From a virus (taxonomy: Duplodnaviria > Caudoviricetes): 52,171 nt of DNA. The position numbers were made by a program, and so were the translations under genes. The first letter of the stretch is position 1. Each line of letters begins with the position of its first letter. The DNA is taken from positions 1-52,171 of IMG/VR virus record IMGVR_UViG_3300016474_000658. One strand, written 5' to 3'. The notes beneath the pieces were generated by a model. The model ran no database searches, was not told where the DNA came from, and saw only the letters and a program-made list of their open reading frames with translations. Shown here one piece after another: positions 29,063-39,900 of this stretch.

Positions 29063-32000
29063 ATGTCATTTGATTCAAGTAATTTTACTGGTTCTGTACT
29101 GTATGATAGCTATGCGAAATTCAATCAAATTACCTTTATTACAGGTAAATCTGTTCAACAAAATCCTTATGCACTATTACAATCGGCCATACAATCTCCA
29201 GATCGTGGATTTAATGAATTTGCAATAAACGGATTAGGTACATCAGAAGCAAACTCGTATTATAAAAATATAATGCCATATTTCTTTTTAAGATATTCGT
29301 GCTTTGATGAATTATCTGAAATAAAGAATATTAACGAAAATTTTGAAAAGATAAAGCTTCCTTTGAAATATTTTACAACCGGAGAATTATTTGGATTAAG
29401 TACAATTCTAGAAAGCATACAGAACGATACAAATATATTTGATGTAAAGTCTTGGGATTTCTATAGTAATTTTACCGATGATGGTAAGATTAGTAATACA
29501 GATGATTTTAGACTAAATGCTCAAGGCGTTTTCTATAATACTCTATACAAATATTTTAGAGATGGGTATTATCAGTTAGGATTAAGCGTCTCCGGATCTA
29601 ATAACTATACATCTAAAGGCAAGATTGTTACGGACTCAAATAATAAAGATACTTATGTAAAAGGTAAAGGAGAAGCTCCTAATTACTTAGATATATCTGT
29701 TAATAGTAAACAAAAAATAAAGAATAAAGTTTATATAAAAGCTAAGGCGGTCAGAACTTCTTATAATTCCACAGTACAGCCTCCAAAGCAGATTATAATA
29801 AAAAGAAATAATGAAGAACTTTTATCTTGTCTAGCATTAGAAGAATTAAATTCTAAAGCGTTTTCCAATGAAAAAGAGTATTATAGCTTTGCTTCTACAT
29901 CATTATCTAATGTATCACTAGATGCTACTATTCTTAGCTTGATTAGACCAATGGTTCTTTATTTTAATGTAATTCATTATATATTAAGAAGTGCAGTAGT
30001 TAATCATATGTATTTCTTATTTAATGCACAAGAAAATAATATCTTTGAAAGCAATAGCCTCAAGGAAGATATTCCTCAAGCCGGTAAAAATTTACAGAAT
30101 ATTATATCTTCAAAGAGCTTAGGGTTTAGAGAATTGGTATCTAGATTTGCTTTATATCTAAAAGAACTAATAATAAATCTATTAAATCTAGTAGATCCAA
30201 CTCAAGTAGGAGCTACATGTGATAAAGTGTTAGATTATTTTCAAGATAATAATCCTAATTTTAACAACCTCTACTCTAGAGAAGAACTAAAAAATATATT
30301 GATAACTCTTAATGAAATGTGTTTTCAAACATTCAAAAAGAATAATCCTAAGGAAGTTATTAATAGTGCCGACGGAAAAAGAAAAAATAACGTATCTATA
30401 ACCAAAGTATTAACCCCGCTAGAAACACAGCATTCTAATGACCTTATATTGCAAAAAGTTTATGTTTATAGAAGCCCAGATAAGCCAGTAAGTTATGATG
30501 ATATATTGCAGGAATCAAAACTTTATAAAGTAATTGATCTTCCTAGAAATAAAGATAATATAACATTAAGTGAAATAGCTATTCTTGAAGATAACATAGA
30601 CACAAATAAAAAGTATTATTATTGTTTCTTATCCGAAAGAGAATATGATATATACGATGAGATACTTAATCTAAAAGACGAAAAGTTAAACAAAAAGACA
30701 ATACCATTAGATAAGTCTGAAGTGGTACAGCACTTCTCTTCTCCGACAAAAGTATTAGAGCTTGAGATGATTTCCACCGAGAATTCAACTTATCTAGACT
30801 ATAACTTTTTTATACCAGAAGAAAAAGAAGTCGTAAAAACAAAAGTAAATTTCTTAAATAAGATAAAAGTTTCTCCTTCTGATATACAAAAATATAGTTA
30901 TGACAAAAATCTTGGATTAACTGGTGGTTTTGTTAGAAAACCGGGACTCTTAGATTTTTGGTATAATACAGAAAAATTAATACCTTCAAATGATTATAAG
31001 ACTGGACAGACTTTAAAACTTAGATTGTCCTCCCCAAAGACCAAAAGAAAACTTGACATTAATGTTAGACATTTTGTTTTAGATTTCTATAACTTAGGTA
31101 GCACTGAAAAGAAATCAACGTATTCGGATATAGACCTTTTTAGCGGTGGTAAAAAGTATTATGAAGTATTTTCTGCTCAAAAGCCGGAAATAAAATTTGT
31201 CTATAAATATCTCGGCAAGGAACTTGATTTATCTCAGGGTTCAATAAAAGATGTTATATTCGGGACCAAAGATCCGCAGCTTATAGGAAATAATATAAGT
31301 TATAATCTCAATCAAGTTAAAGGAGCTTTAATTTTTAAAGATCCGAATAATCCAAAAATAGATGGATATTTTCAGAAGTGGGAAGGAACAATTTCTGCAA
31401 AATCAAATACGTTTAATGATGAGATAGTAAACTCCAGTACAGTCAATGAATCTGAATATATAGAACTTGGATTATCATTTCCATTTAAATCAGCCGAGGA
31501 ATATAATAGCTTTATATTTCAGCAAAAGATGACAGATAAATTTGGATTTAATCCACAAAGCGGTATAGAATTTATTGTTAATATGAAAACGGTAGAATAT
31601 AAATTATCATCTTTTAGTGCAAATCAGATTCCTAAAGGCACCGATACTAGCTTTTCTTTGGATATAAAAAATTATCCTATTGAATCAGAGAAGCAAATAA
31701 AATGGGAAATAGTGGGTGTTGACGGGTATAATCCATCTAATGATTTTTTAACTACATCTGGATTTTTAACAATAAATAATCAACAAAGCAATTACGTGAT
31801 TAATATTTCGACTATAAAAAATACAAACTCTTTAAATATATCAGGAGGAACATATAAAATATTATTGTATAATAATTCAAATTTAAGTTCTGCCTCTAGT
31901 CAAGTATTTTTGGAATCAGAGCAATTTAGCGTTCTAAGCATACCAGGTATATCTACAAATGATACAAAGAAGCGATCTAGAAAGAGAAAGAGAAGAAAAT

Positions 32001-32083
32001 CTTGTCCATTTCCAACTAGAGGAAAGAAGCTTAAGCCAAGTACTAATATAGAAGGAATTACCTACGTGCGGCAACGAAGGTGA
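29063..32083 (+). CDS. Large hypothetical virion protein with C-terminal Calx-beta/Ig-like domain
   Basis: 1006-aa ORF; C-terminal KWEIVG...SNDFLTTSGFLTINN...YKILLY resembles Calx-beta; extreme C-terminus uncertain. Confidence 0.55.
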   Translation: MSFDSSNFTGSVLYDSYAKFNQITFITGKSVQQNPYALLQSAIQSPDRGFNEFAINGLGTSEANSYYKNIMPYFFLRYSCFDELSEIKNINENFEKIKLPLKYFTTGELFGLSTILESIQNDTNIFDVKSWDFYSNFTDDGKISNTDDFRLNAQGVFYNTLYKYFRDGYYQLGLSVSGSNNYTSKGKIVTDSNNKDTYVKGKGEAPNYLDISVNSKQKIKNKVYIKAKAVRTSYNSTVQPPKQIIIKRNNEELLSCLALEELNSKAFSNEKEYYSFASTSLSNVSLDATILSLIRPMVLYFNVIHYILRSAVVNHMYFLFNAQENNIFESNSLKEDIPQAGKNLQNIISSKSLGFRELVSRFALYLKELIINLLNLVDPTQVGATCDKVLDYFQDNNPNFNNLYSREELKNILITLNEMCFQTFKKNNPKEVINSADGKRKNNVSITKVLTPLETQHSNDLILQKVYVYRSPDKPVSYDDILQESKLYKVIDLPRNKDNITLSEIAILEDNIDTNKKYYYCFLSEREYDIYDEILNLKDEKLNKKTIPLDKSEVVQHFSSPTKVLELEMISTENSTYLDYNFFIPEEKEVVKTKVNFLNKIKVSPSDIQKYSYDKNLGLTGGFVRKPGLLDFWYNTEKLIPSNDYKTGQTLKLRLSSPKTKRKLDINVRHFVLDFYNLGSTEKKSTYSDIDLFSGGKKYYEVFSAQKPEIKFVYKYLGKELDLSQGSIKDVIFGTKDPQLIGNNISYNLNQVKGALIFKDPNNPKIDGYFQKWEGTISAKSNTFNDEIVNSSTVNESEYIELGLSFPFKSAEEYNSFIFQQKMTDKFGFNPQSGIEFIVNMKTVEYKLSSFSANQIPKGTDTSFSLDIKNYPIESEKQIKWEIVGVDGYNPSNDFLTTSGFLTINNQQSNYVINISTIKNTNSLNISGGTYKILLYNNSNLSSASSQVFLESEQFSVLSIPGISTNDTKKRSRKRKRRKSCPFPTRGKKLKPSTNIEGITYVRQRR

Positions 32084-32128
32084 TAGTAAAGAAAAGATAA
32101 CAATGATAGATAAAAAATAAATAAATAT

Positions 32129-32137
32129 ACTATTTAA
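32129..32137 (+). promoter_or_regulatory. Candidate phage late promoter ACTATTTAA
   Basis: Intergenic, upstream of AAGGAG (32145-32150) and ATG 32158; same motif at 40186 and 48683. Confidence 0.55.
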
Positions 32138-32157
32138 TAAAGATAAGGAGTTAACAA

Positions 32158-33171
32158 ATGGCATTTTTAGATAATTCTGGCGATATCGTACTAGATGCAG
32201 TCCTGACAGAACTTGGACGCAGAAGATTAGCTCAAGGCAATGGAGCTTTCAAAATTACAAAGTTTGCAGTAGCTGATGATGAAATAGACTATAGACTATT
32301 CGATATTGGAAATGTTAGCGGATCTGCATATTATGATTTAAATATTAATTTGACTCCAACATTAGAGCCAACAACAAATTCAAATACCGGATTGCAATAT
32401 AAATTAAAAACATACGCCAATCCAAATTTATTATACCTACCGACATTAAAGCTAAATCAAAGCGATTTTATAGATTCCGTAACAAAATCTCAATTAAATG
32501 ATACATTAAATGCTTTTGTTGTATTAGTAAATGATACAGCCGTTTCGAATGTAGGAAATGGTATCACCACGATTAAAGGTCTAATTGACGGCAGAAGAAA
32601 TATTTCTAATGGAGTTGGAGCTGCTGCTGGTGGCACAAGAGCTGTCTCTAGAAATATTAGAGTTTCACAAGGATTTGATTCATTAGATTCACAAGTCCAA
32701 AGAGAATTAGCTGATCTTGAAGAGAACGAATTCGACATATATGCAAATAGATTATTTTTAGAAGTAATAGATTCAAATGGAACATTCTCTTCTTCTACAA
32801 TAGTAACATAAACTGCATTTGACAGAAATCAAGCTTATAATTTGTATACTGTTAATACAACAAATAATCCAAATTTCTTTAAAACCGTAAATGTATTTAA
32901 TAATGGTGCTACTGTTTCAAAGCCAGCAACGAGTTTAAATGCTACATATATTACACAAGTCGGTAGAGATCTATCATTCAGTTTAAGAATCTCAGATTTC
33001 TTAGCTGCAAATCCGGCTTATTATTTTGATAGATACGGACAGACAATCTCTCCTGTCCCAGTTTCTGGATTAACGTCTGGCGCAAAGTATATTAGCACTA
33101 CATTGAGAGTAAATGGTGCAAACATCGGACACACAATTGACATTCCAGTTGTTTTAGCCTACCAGCCATAA
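32158..33171 (+). CDS. Putative tail-region structural protein interrupted by one in-frame TAA (32809-32811)
   Basis: ORFs 32158..32811 and 32842..33171 share a frame: ...SSSTIVT*TAFDRNQAYNLYTV...; the second part has only a TTG start with no SD. Confidence 0.6.
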
Positions 33172-33183
33172 TGGAGTTAAATA

Positions 33184-34197
33184 ATGAGTTATAAATTTTT
33201 TAGTGAAAATGATATTCAATCAGCAAAAGAAAGCTTATCGGAATTTATTCCAATAACAGGAACTATCTTATCTGGTACATATGGAACTTGGCCAAATGAT
33301 ACAAATGTCAAAAAGTTTACTGGAACTCATGGTCTATTTGAATCTGTATATGATTACCCATACTTAAGCTCCTCTGCGAATCATATATTTGATATTACAG
33401 CTGGCGTAAGAAGTGGAAGCTTTACAGTTGTTTCGGGGGCAACAGATAAGCATAGAATATATACTCAAATGGCCCAGACATTACTTGGATTCGATGTTAC
33501 GGGTAATGTTAAAAACTTTACAGTTGGAACATCTTCTACTCCTATCAATAGTGCAATCTTTATACCATTTTCTAGATTGCTTGTTAAAGACGAAATAAAG
33601 CCAAATGGCACTTTCTCTATGACAATTGGAACCGGACAATTTACTGCATCGTATAGCTCAACAACGACAGTTACAGATAATGGAGCATCCATATCAACAG
33701 TATTTAATGATTCTCCGGTTGGAGAATATTATAATTTATCAACAGGCGGAACAGATGTAGGTAAAATATTTTATCAGGCCGGTATTGTAATTATAGATGG
33801 AAGTCTATTAGATAATTGGATATCTGGTAGCACAATATCAGGTGGTATAGCCGCAACAGCTTCTCATGGATTTTCTTCTGCATCTATTACAGAAATAGCA
33901 GATTCGGTAAGAAGAAGAATCGGGAATGTTCAATTTAACAATACAACACAATTATATTCTACTATATATAATTGCAGAGTAGATGCTAATGAATTTAACT
34001 TTAGTTCTAATCCGACATATTTAACTGGGTCTAAGATTAGAGTTAAGAATAGTCCAACAGATAAGAACTATTCTTATATAACAACAATTGGTCTATATTC
34101 TGATAGCGATGAACTATTAGCTACCGCAAAATTAAGTGAGCCACTTAGAAATACTGATGCCGTAAATTATACTCTATCTGTTAGATTAGATTATTAA
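33184..34197 (+). CDS. Putative tail/baseplate structural protein
   Basis: C-terminal EFNFSSNPT and YITTIGLYSDSDELLATAKLSEPL; GGAG SD upstream. Confidence 0.65.
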   Translation: MSYKFFSENDIQSAKESLSEFIPITGTILSGTYGTWPNDTNVKKFTGTHGLFESVYDYPYLSSSANHIFDITAGVRSGSFTVVSGATDKHRIYTQMAQTLLGFDVTGNVKNFTVGTSSTPINSAIFIPFSRLLVKDEIKPNGTFSMTIGTGQFTASYSSTTTVTDNGASISTVFNDSPVGEYYNLSTGGTDVGKIFYQAGIVIIDGSLLDNWISGSTISGGIAATASHGFSSASITEIADSVRRRIGNVQFNNTTQLYSTIYNCRVDANEFNFSSNPTYLTGSKIRVKNSPTDKNYSYITTIGLYSDSDELLATAKLSEPLRNTDAVNYTLSVRLDY

Positions 34198-34198
34198 T

Positions 34199-35512
34199 AT
34201 GAAAAAATTTGAAAAAAATGACTTATTCTATAATACAATCGTAGGCAATCCATCATATAAAATCGTCTTTTATGATGGTAATGTAACTATTAATGACCAA
34301 ATAAGCGAAGGGAATAAAGTCAGTTCTTCAATAACCTTTCTAGAAAAAAATTTAGTGTATACATCTTCAGTTACCGAGGAATTTACAAAGAGTAATATTT
34401 ATGCGTCCTACGATATAAGCGGAACATTGTCTTATAATCCTCAAATAAAAAGAAGCTATGTTCGCACATCGACTGGTAGCTTTGATGAAAAATATACAGA
34501 ATATTTAAGCATAAAAAAGATATCTGCATTAAAAAACATATTCTCTAAATATAATTTAGAAAACACAAATTTAAGAATGATCACACTGTTGAATAATGAT
34601 GGAATTCCGCAAACTAAAACACAAACATATCCTGGATTACCAAGCTTATCTTCTAATTCTGGTAGTTATATAAAACCTGATAGAAATTTTTGCTTTTTAG
34701 AAATACCACAAGCTTATTATGGAACTAGAATACAGCCTGGTACATTAAATTTGAAAATATATATAACGGGTACTCTTGTAGCTGAGGCATCAGATATTAA
34801 TAAAGATAGCAAGATAATACAAACTTATTCTTTGAATTATCCAGTATCTTTAAAAAATCATCAAGCAGGTTCAATTCTGTATGATGAAGGCATAATAATA
34901 TTGGATAGCAGTAATACGCTTGATACAAAACAGCAATATTATATACAGCCGGTTTCGTCTTCAACATTTCCTGGTGTTAATTATAATAACGTTCCTATAG
35001 CAGACGTATTAAGATGGAATCATTTTGGATCACATAAAAAAACTACAACCAATGCTCTATACAGTTCTACGGGAAGAATAACTGGGACTTCATTTGAACT
35101 AAGCTTTCAAGGTTTAAATACGTTAAATACTCTTACAATGTTCTGCACAGCAGATAAAAATGATTTTACGTGGAGCAATAATAGAACTTTTATAAGTGGA
35201 GGACAGTCTAATAAGCTATTACTTGGACAGACTTCTTCTATAACAGTAAATAGCGTAGTTCATACAGCTTCGGCTAATTCTCTATTTATACCATCAGACG
35301 GCAAGTATTATGAAAATGATAAAATATTGATAAAGAATACGGTATCAAGCTCGTTCGCAAATCACGAATCCAGTTATACTCCGCAAGTTTTTATTAGCGA
35401 AATTGCTTTATACAATGAAGAGGGAGAGATGATTGGCATAGCAAAATTAGCTAACCCTCTAAGAAAAACAAAAGATACAGATTATACCATTAAGTTAAAA
35501 CTAGACATATAG
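34199..35512 (+). CDS. Putative tail/baseplate structural protein, paralog of preceding gene
   Basis: C-terminal FISEIALYNEEGEMIGIAKLANPLRK...YTIKLKLDI. Confidence 0.65.
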   Translation: MKKFEKNDLFYNTIVGNPSYKIVFYDGNVTINDQISEGNKVSSSITFLEKNLVYTSSVTEEFTKSNIYASYDISGTLSYNPQIKRSYVRTSTGSFDEKYTEYLSIKKISALKNIFSKYNLENTNLRMITLLNNDGIPQTKTQTYPGLPSLSSNSGSYIKPDRNFCFLEIPQAYYGTRIQPGTLNLKIYITGTLVAEASDINKDSKIIQTYSLNYPVSLKNHQAGSILYDEGIIILDSSNTLDTKQQYYIQPVSSSTFPGVNYNNVPIADVLRWNHFGSHKKTTTNALYSSTGRITGTSFELSFQGLNTLNTLTMFCTADKNDFTWSNNRTFISGGQSNKLLLGQTSSITVNSVVHTASANSLFIPSDGKYYENDKILIKNTVSSSFANHESSYTPQVFISEIALYNEEGEMIGIAKLANPLRKTKDTDYTIKLKLDI

Positions 35513-35524
35513 TATTATAAATTT

Positions 35525-36049
35525 ATGATCCTTGGAATAGATATCTCTACAACTACAACTGCCTTTACAATCTTAGATGAAGATGGTAAGATTGTATTAT
35601 GCGAAGCAGTAAGATTAGAAAAAATTAAAGATTTATTTGTTAAAGCAGCAAATATAAAAAAATATGTAGAGAATTTAGAAAAAACTTATAAGATAAAAGC
35701 AATTTACATTGAAGAGCCTCTAATGTCATTTTCGTCTGGTATGTCATCTGCCAAGACTATCTCAACATTAATGAGATTTAATGGCATAGTATCTTGGATT
35801 TGTTATGATATAATAGGTCTTCATCCACAATTCATATCAGCAGCAACAGCTAGAAAATCTTATGGAGTCAGGCCAGAGAAAGGCAGAAAGGCAAAAGAAG
35901 TTGTATTTGAGGCCGTCCTTGACAAAGAACCTGACTTTAAGGTAGAATTGACCGCACATGGTAATCCAGTTCCTGGATCTATGGATAGAAGCGATAGTCT
36001 TATTATCGCTAAAGCGGGTTATTCACAATGGAAATCTCTGAAAAGTTAA
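35525..36049 (+). CDS. RuvC-like Holliday junction resolvase
   Basis: MILGIDIS, IYIEEP and DRSDS acidic catalytic motifs of the RNase H/RuvC fold. Confidence 0.8.
   Translation: MILGIDISTTTTAFTILDEDGKIVLCEAVRLEKIKDLFVKAANIKKYVENLEKTYKIKAIYIEEPLMSFSSGMSSAKTISTLMRFNGIVSWICYDIIGLHPQFISAATARKSYGVRPEKGRKAKEVVFEAVLDKEPDFKVELTAHGNPVPGSMDRSDSLIIAKAGYSQWKSLKS
35919..35948 (+). promoter_or_regulatory. Sigma70-type promoter TTGACA-N18-TAGAAT inside the RuvC-like gene
   Basis: Perfect -35 at 35919-35924, 5/6 -10 at 35943-35948, about 80 nt upstream of the primase start. Confidence 0.55.
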
Positions 36050-36966
36050 ACATTGTTAGTTCTTTTCTGGGCGGCTTTCATAAAGTAGGGCATGAATATC
36101 TTTATCACTGTCCTTTCTGCAATCATCACAAAAAGAAACTCTCCTTAAACTTTGAGAAAGGAAAGTATAAGTGCTGGGTTTGTGATGTGCATGGTAATAT
36201 AAGAAAGCTTGTAAAGAAAAAAGCTACATTAGAAGTATTCCAAAGATGGAAGCAATATGATAATGAAATAGATCTTTCCACGAACATGGATGACCTATTC
36301 TCAGATAAAACAGAAAACGTAGAAGAAATCTTATCTTTACCAGAAAATTTTATTACACTAACATCAAATATTAACCATCTTACACATATAAAATATATAA
36401 ATTATCTCAAGAAAAGAGGTCTTAGCAAACAAGATATCTTATTCTGGAAGATTGGATTTTGTACAGATGGAGAGTATAAGGATCGTGTTGTTGTTCCCTC
36501 GTTCAATAAAGACGGGAACTTAAATTATTTTATTGGCAGAAACATAACTGGAGATAAGTTCGCCAAGTATAAGCAGCCACAAGCATCTAAAGATATAATT
36601 TTTAATGAATTATTTATAGATTTTGATCAAGATATTGTTCTTGTTGAAGGCATATTTGATGCTATTAAAGCAGGGCAAAATTCTATACCGCTGTTGGGCT
36701 CTACTCTAAGAGAAGAGAGCGTACTATTTCAAAAAATTGTTGGATATGATTCTACAGTATATCTTGCGCTAGATCCTGATGCTAACAAAAAAGAAAATGA
36801 AATCTTGAAAAAACTTATTAATTACGGCGTAGAAACATATAAAATATATGTTGATCCATATAAAGATGTTGGCGATATGCCTCATGAAGAGTTCTTAAAG
36901 CGCAAAGAGCAAGCTAGTCTTATTACATACGATACCTTATTACAAAAAGAATTGGAGTTTATTTAA
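36028..36966 (+). CDS. DNA primase (zinc finger + TOPRIM)
   Basis: CPFC...CWVC zinc finger; YLKKRG, FIGR, LVEGIFDAI, LDPDA, KDVGDM. Confidence 0.9.
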   Translation: MEISEKLNIVSSFLGGFHKVGHEYLYHCPFCNHHKKKLSLNFEKGKYKCWVCDVHGNIRKLVKKKATLEVFQRWKQYDNEIDLSTNMDDLFSDKTENVEEILSLPENFITLTSNINHLTHIKYINYLKKRGLSKQDILFWKIGFCTDGEYKDRVVVPSFNKDGNLNYFIGRNITGDKFAKYKQPQASKDIIFNELFIDFDQDIVLVEGIFDAIKAGQNSIPLLGSTLREESVLFQKIVGYDSTVYLALDPDANKKENEILKKLINYGVETYKIYVDPYKDVGDMPHEEFLKRKEQASLITYDTLLQKELEFI

Positions 36967-39900
36967 TGAAAATATGTCATTTAAGTGATATACATATAAA
37001 AAATTTAAAATATCACGATGTTTACGAAAAGGTCTTTCAACAACTATATTCATCTTTGAGGGATGAGAAGGTAGATAATATAATTTTGTGCGGAGATATA
37101 GCACATACGAAAACAAATATCTCCCCAGAGTTTGTGCAAATAGCTGGTAGATTTTTTTCAGAATTAGCTAGCATAGCACCTCTTTATATTATACTCGGAA
37201 ATCACGACGGAAATCTAAAGAATCTTGATAGACAAGATGCAATTACTCCAATCGTAGAAGCGTTGAATAATTCTAATATCTTTCTTCTTAAAAGATCAGG
37301 AGAAAGAAATATAGATGATAAAGTTACTTTGAACGTCCTATCGATATTTGATAGAGATAATTGGGTTAAACCATCTGATCCGTCAAAAATAAATATAGCA
37401 TTATATCATGGCGCAATAGAAGGTTCAAAGACTGATACTGGCTGGTCTATGAAAGATACCGATGATAATATATCAATCTTCGATGATTTTGATTTTGCGT
37501 TCCTTGGGGACATTCATAAGCAGCAATATCTTCGCTATAAGCCTTGCAAGGGATCTAAGGTAGAGCTGAAGCCTTCTGTAGCTTATTGTGGATCTCTGAT
37601 CCAACAAAACTTTGGAGAAGAATTAAATAAAGGCATTCTAATTTGGGATATCAAAGAGAAAGATGTATTTGACGTAAAGAGTGTGTATTTTGAGAATCCC
37701 AACCCTTTCATAACTCTAGAGATGGAGAAATTTGATCTAGATCAAAATATAAAAGACAACTCTTATATCCGTCTAATATTAAACGAGTATCATTCCAAGG
37801 ATGAAGTACAAAAAATACAGGATATATTAAATACCAAATACAATCCAAGATCAGTTATAATAACGAATAAGCATTCAAAGGATGTAGAAAACAAGATTGA
37901 ACAATCTGAGACATCTAAGGCTAAAGTAAACCTAAGAGACAATAATGTTCAACAAGAGCTTATTAAAGAGTTTTTAGCCTCAGAAAATCTCACGGAAGAT
38001 CAAATAAACGAGGTGCTAGAGATAAATTCAAAGTATAATCTAGAATCGGAAATAAATGATGGTGTAGCAAGAAATATCAAATGGAGCTTAGAAAGCTTTA
38101 AGTGGGATAACCTCTTTAACTATAAAGAAGGAAATTCCATAGATTTTAGCAATTTGAATGGAATTGTTGGCATATTTGGAAAGAACTATTCTGGTAAGTC
38201 AAGTATAATCGATAGTTTATTATACACGATATTTAATTCTACTTCTAAAAAAATACGTAAGAACTATGACGTTGTTAATGAAAAAAAGAAAAGCGGCAAA
38301 GGAGAAATTGTTATATCTTTCGAGAAGAACAATGGCTTTGTCATCTCCAGAGAAACAGAAAAAAATATAAAAAAAACAAAAGGTAAGCTAGTTGAGGAAT
38401 CAAAAACAGAACTAGAATTATCAATGTATAATGGAACAGATTTTTCTCCTTTCAATGGCATAGACAGGGGAGAAACTGATAAGCAAATTCGACAATTAAT
38501 TGGAACATTAGAAGATTTTTGTAATACTTCTCTATCAACTCAGCATGGTTCACTTGACTTTATTAATGAAGGTTCAACTAAAAGAAAGGAAATACTTGCT
38601 AACTTTTTAGATCTTCAAATTTTTGAGAGTAAGCATAAGCCAGCTAATCAGTATGCAAATGAGTTAAAGACTCTTATTAAAAAGACGGATAAGGATTATG
38701 CAAAGTTAATTGCAGATGCACAAACTAAACAAGAATTTGCCGAAGCTAAACTATCCAATACAAAGGAAGAACTAGATTTACTCAGATCAAGACAAGAAGA
38801 TATTCAATTAAAAATAAGTAAACTAGATTCAGATATTTCAAAGGTAGATAAACCAATTGATGTTATTAGTGTATCGTCTAAACATGATAGGCTAAAGTCT
38901 GAACTAAAAAGTGTTGATGCTAAAATAGCTAGATGCGCAGAAGATATAAAAACACATGAAGTCACAATTCAAAAAATCAAAGATGTTTTAGAAAAAATTA
39001 ATGTTAAACAGCTACAGGAAAAACAAGAAGCTTCTAAAAAAATATTGAGGGAAGTTGATGCTATCCTTTCTGATAAAAGAATAAAGTCTAATAACTTATC
39101 GATTCATAAAAAAACATCTCAGTTATTAGATTTAGCTGCTTGCGGAAAAGATAAGTATAATGAATGTCATTTCAAAAAGAATGCTTTAGAGTCTATGCAA
39201 GAAATATCTATAGTAGATATGGCTCTAAAACTTTTAGATGATAAGGAAAATGATCTACGCTCTCAGCTAGAGGCTCTTGATTTAGAAAAAACAAATGAAT
39301 ATCTAGATAAAGTTAAAAAATTAAATGATAAGCTATTTGGAGAAACAAATAATTTATCACAGCTATTGAAAGAATTATCAACTCTTGAAAAGAACAAATC
39401 TCAGCTAGAACTACAAATTTCAGAGAACGATAAGTACATTAAGTTATATGAAGATAATAAGGACTTATATGATAATACGGCTTACTTAAAAAACTCTAAA
39501 GTTCTTTTAGAGGAAGATAAACATACAATAGCTTATAATATAAAAGTCCTCGAAAATGAATACAAAGACGCTATAAGAAATGTTGCAGAGATTGAGGCAC
39601 AGGTAAAAAATTACGATTCAGACGCAAGGTATCTAGAGGCAATTAAGAAAGAATATTCAGCATATGAATTATTTTTGAAATGTACTCATAATAATGGTAT
39701 ACCTTTTGAGCTAATTAAAAAAACCTTACCAGTATTAAACGATGAGATAAATAATCTTCTTGTTAATATAGTAGATTTTCAAGCGTTTTTTGAAAATGAA
39801 GATGGAAAGCTAGAAATATATATTAAGCATCCAAACTCTGTTCAGAGATCAATCGAGAATTGTTCTGGTGCTGAAAAGTCTCTTGTCGCTATGGCTATTC

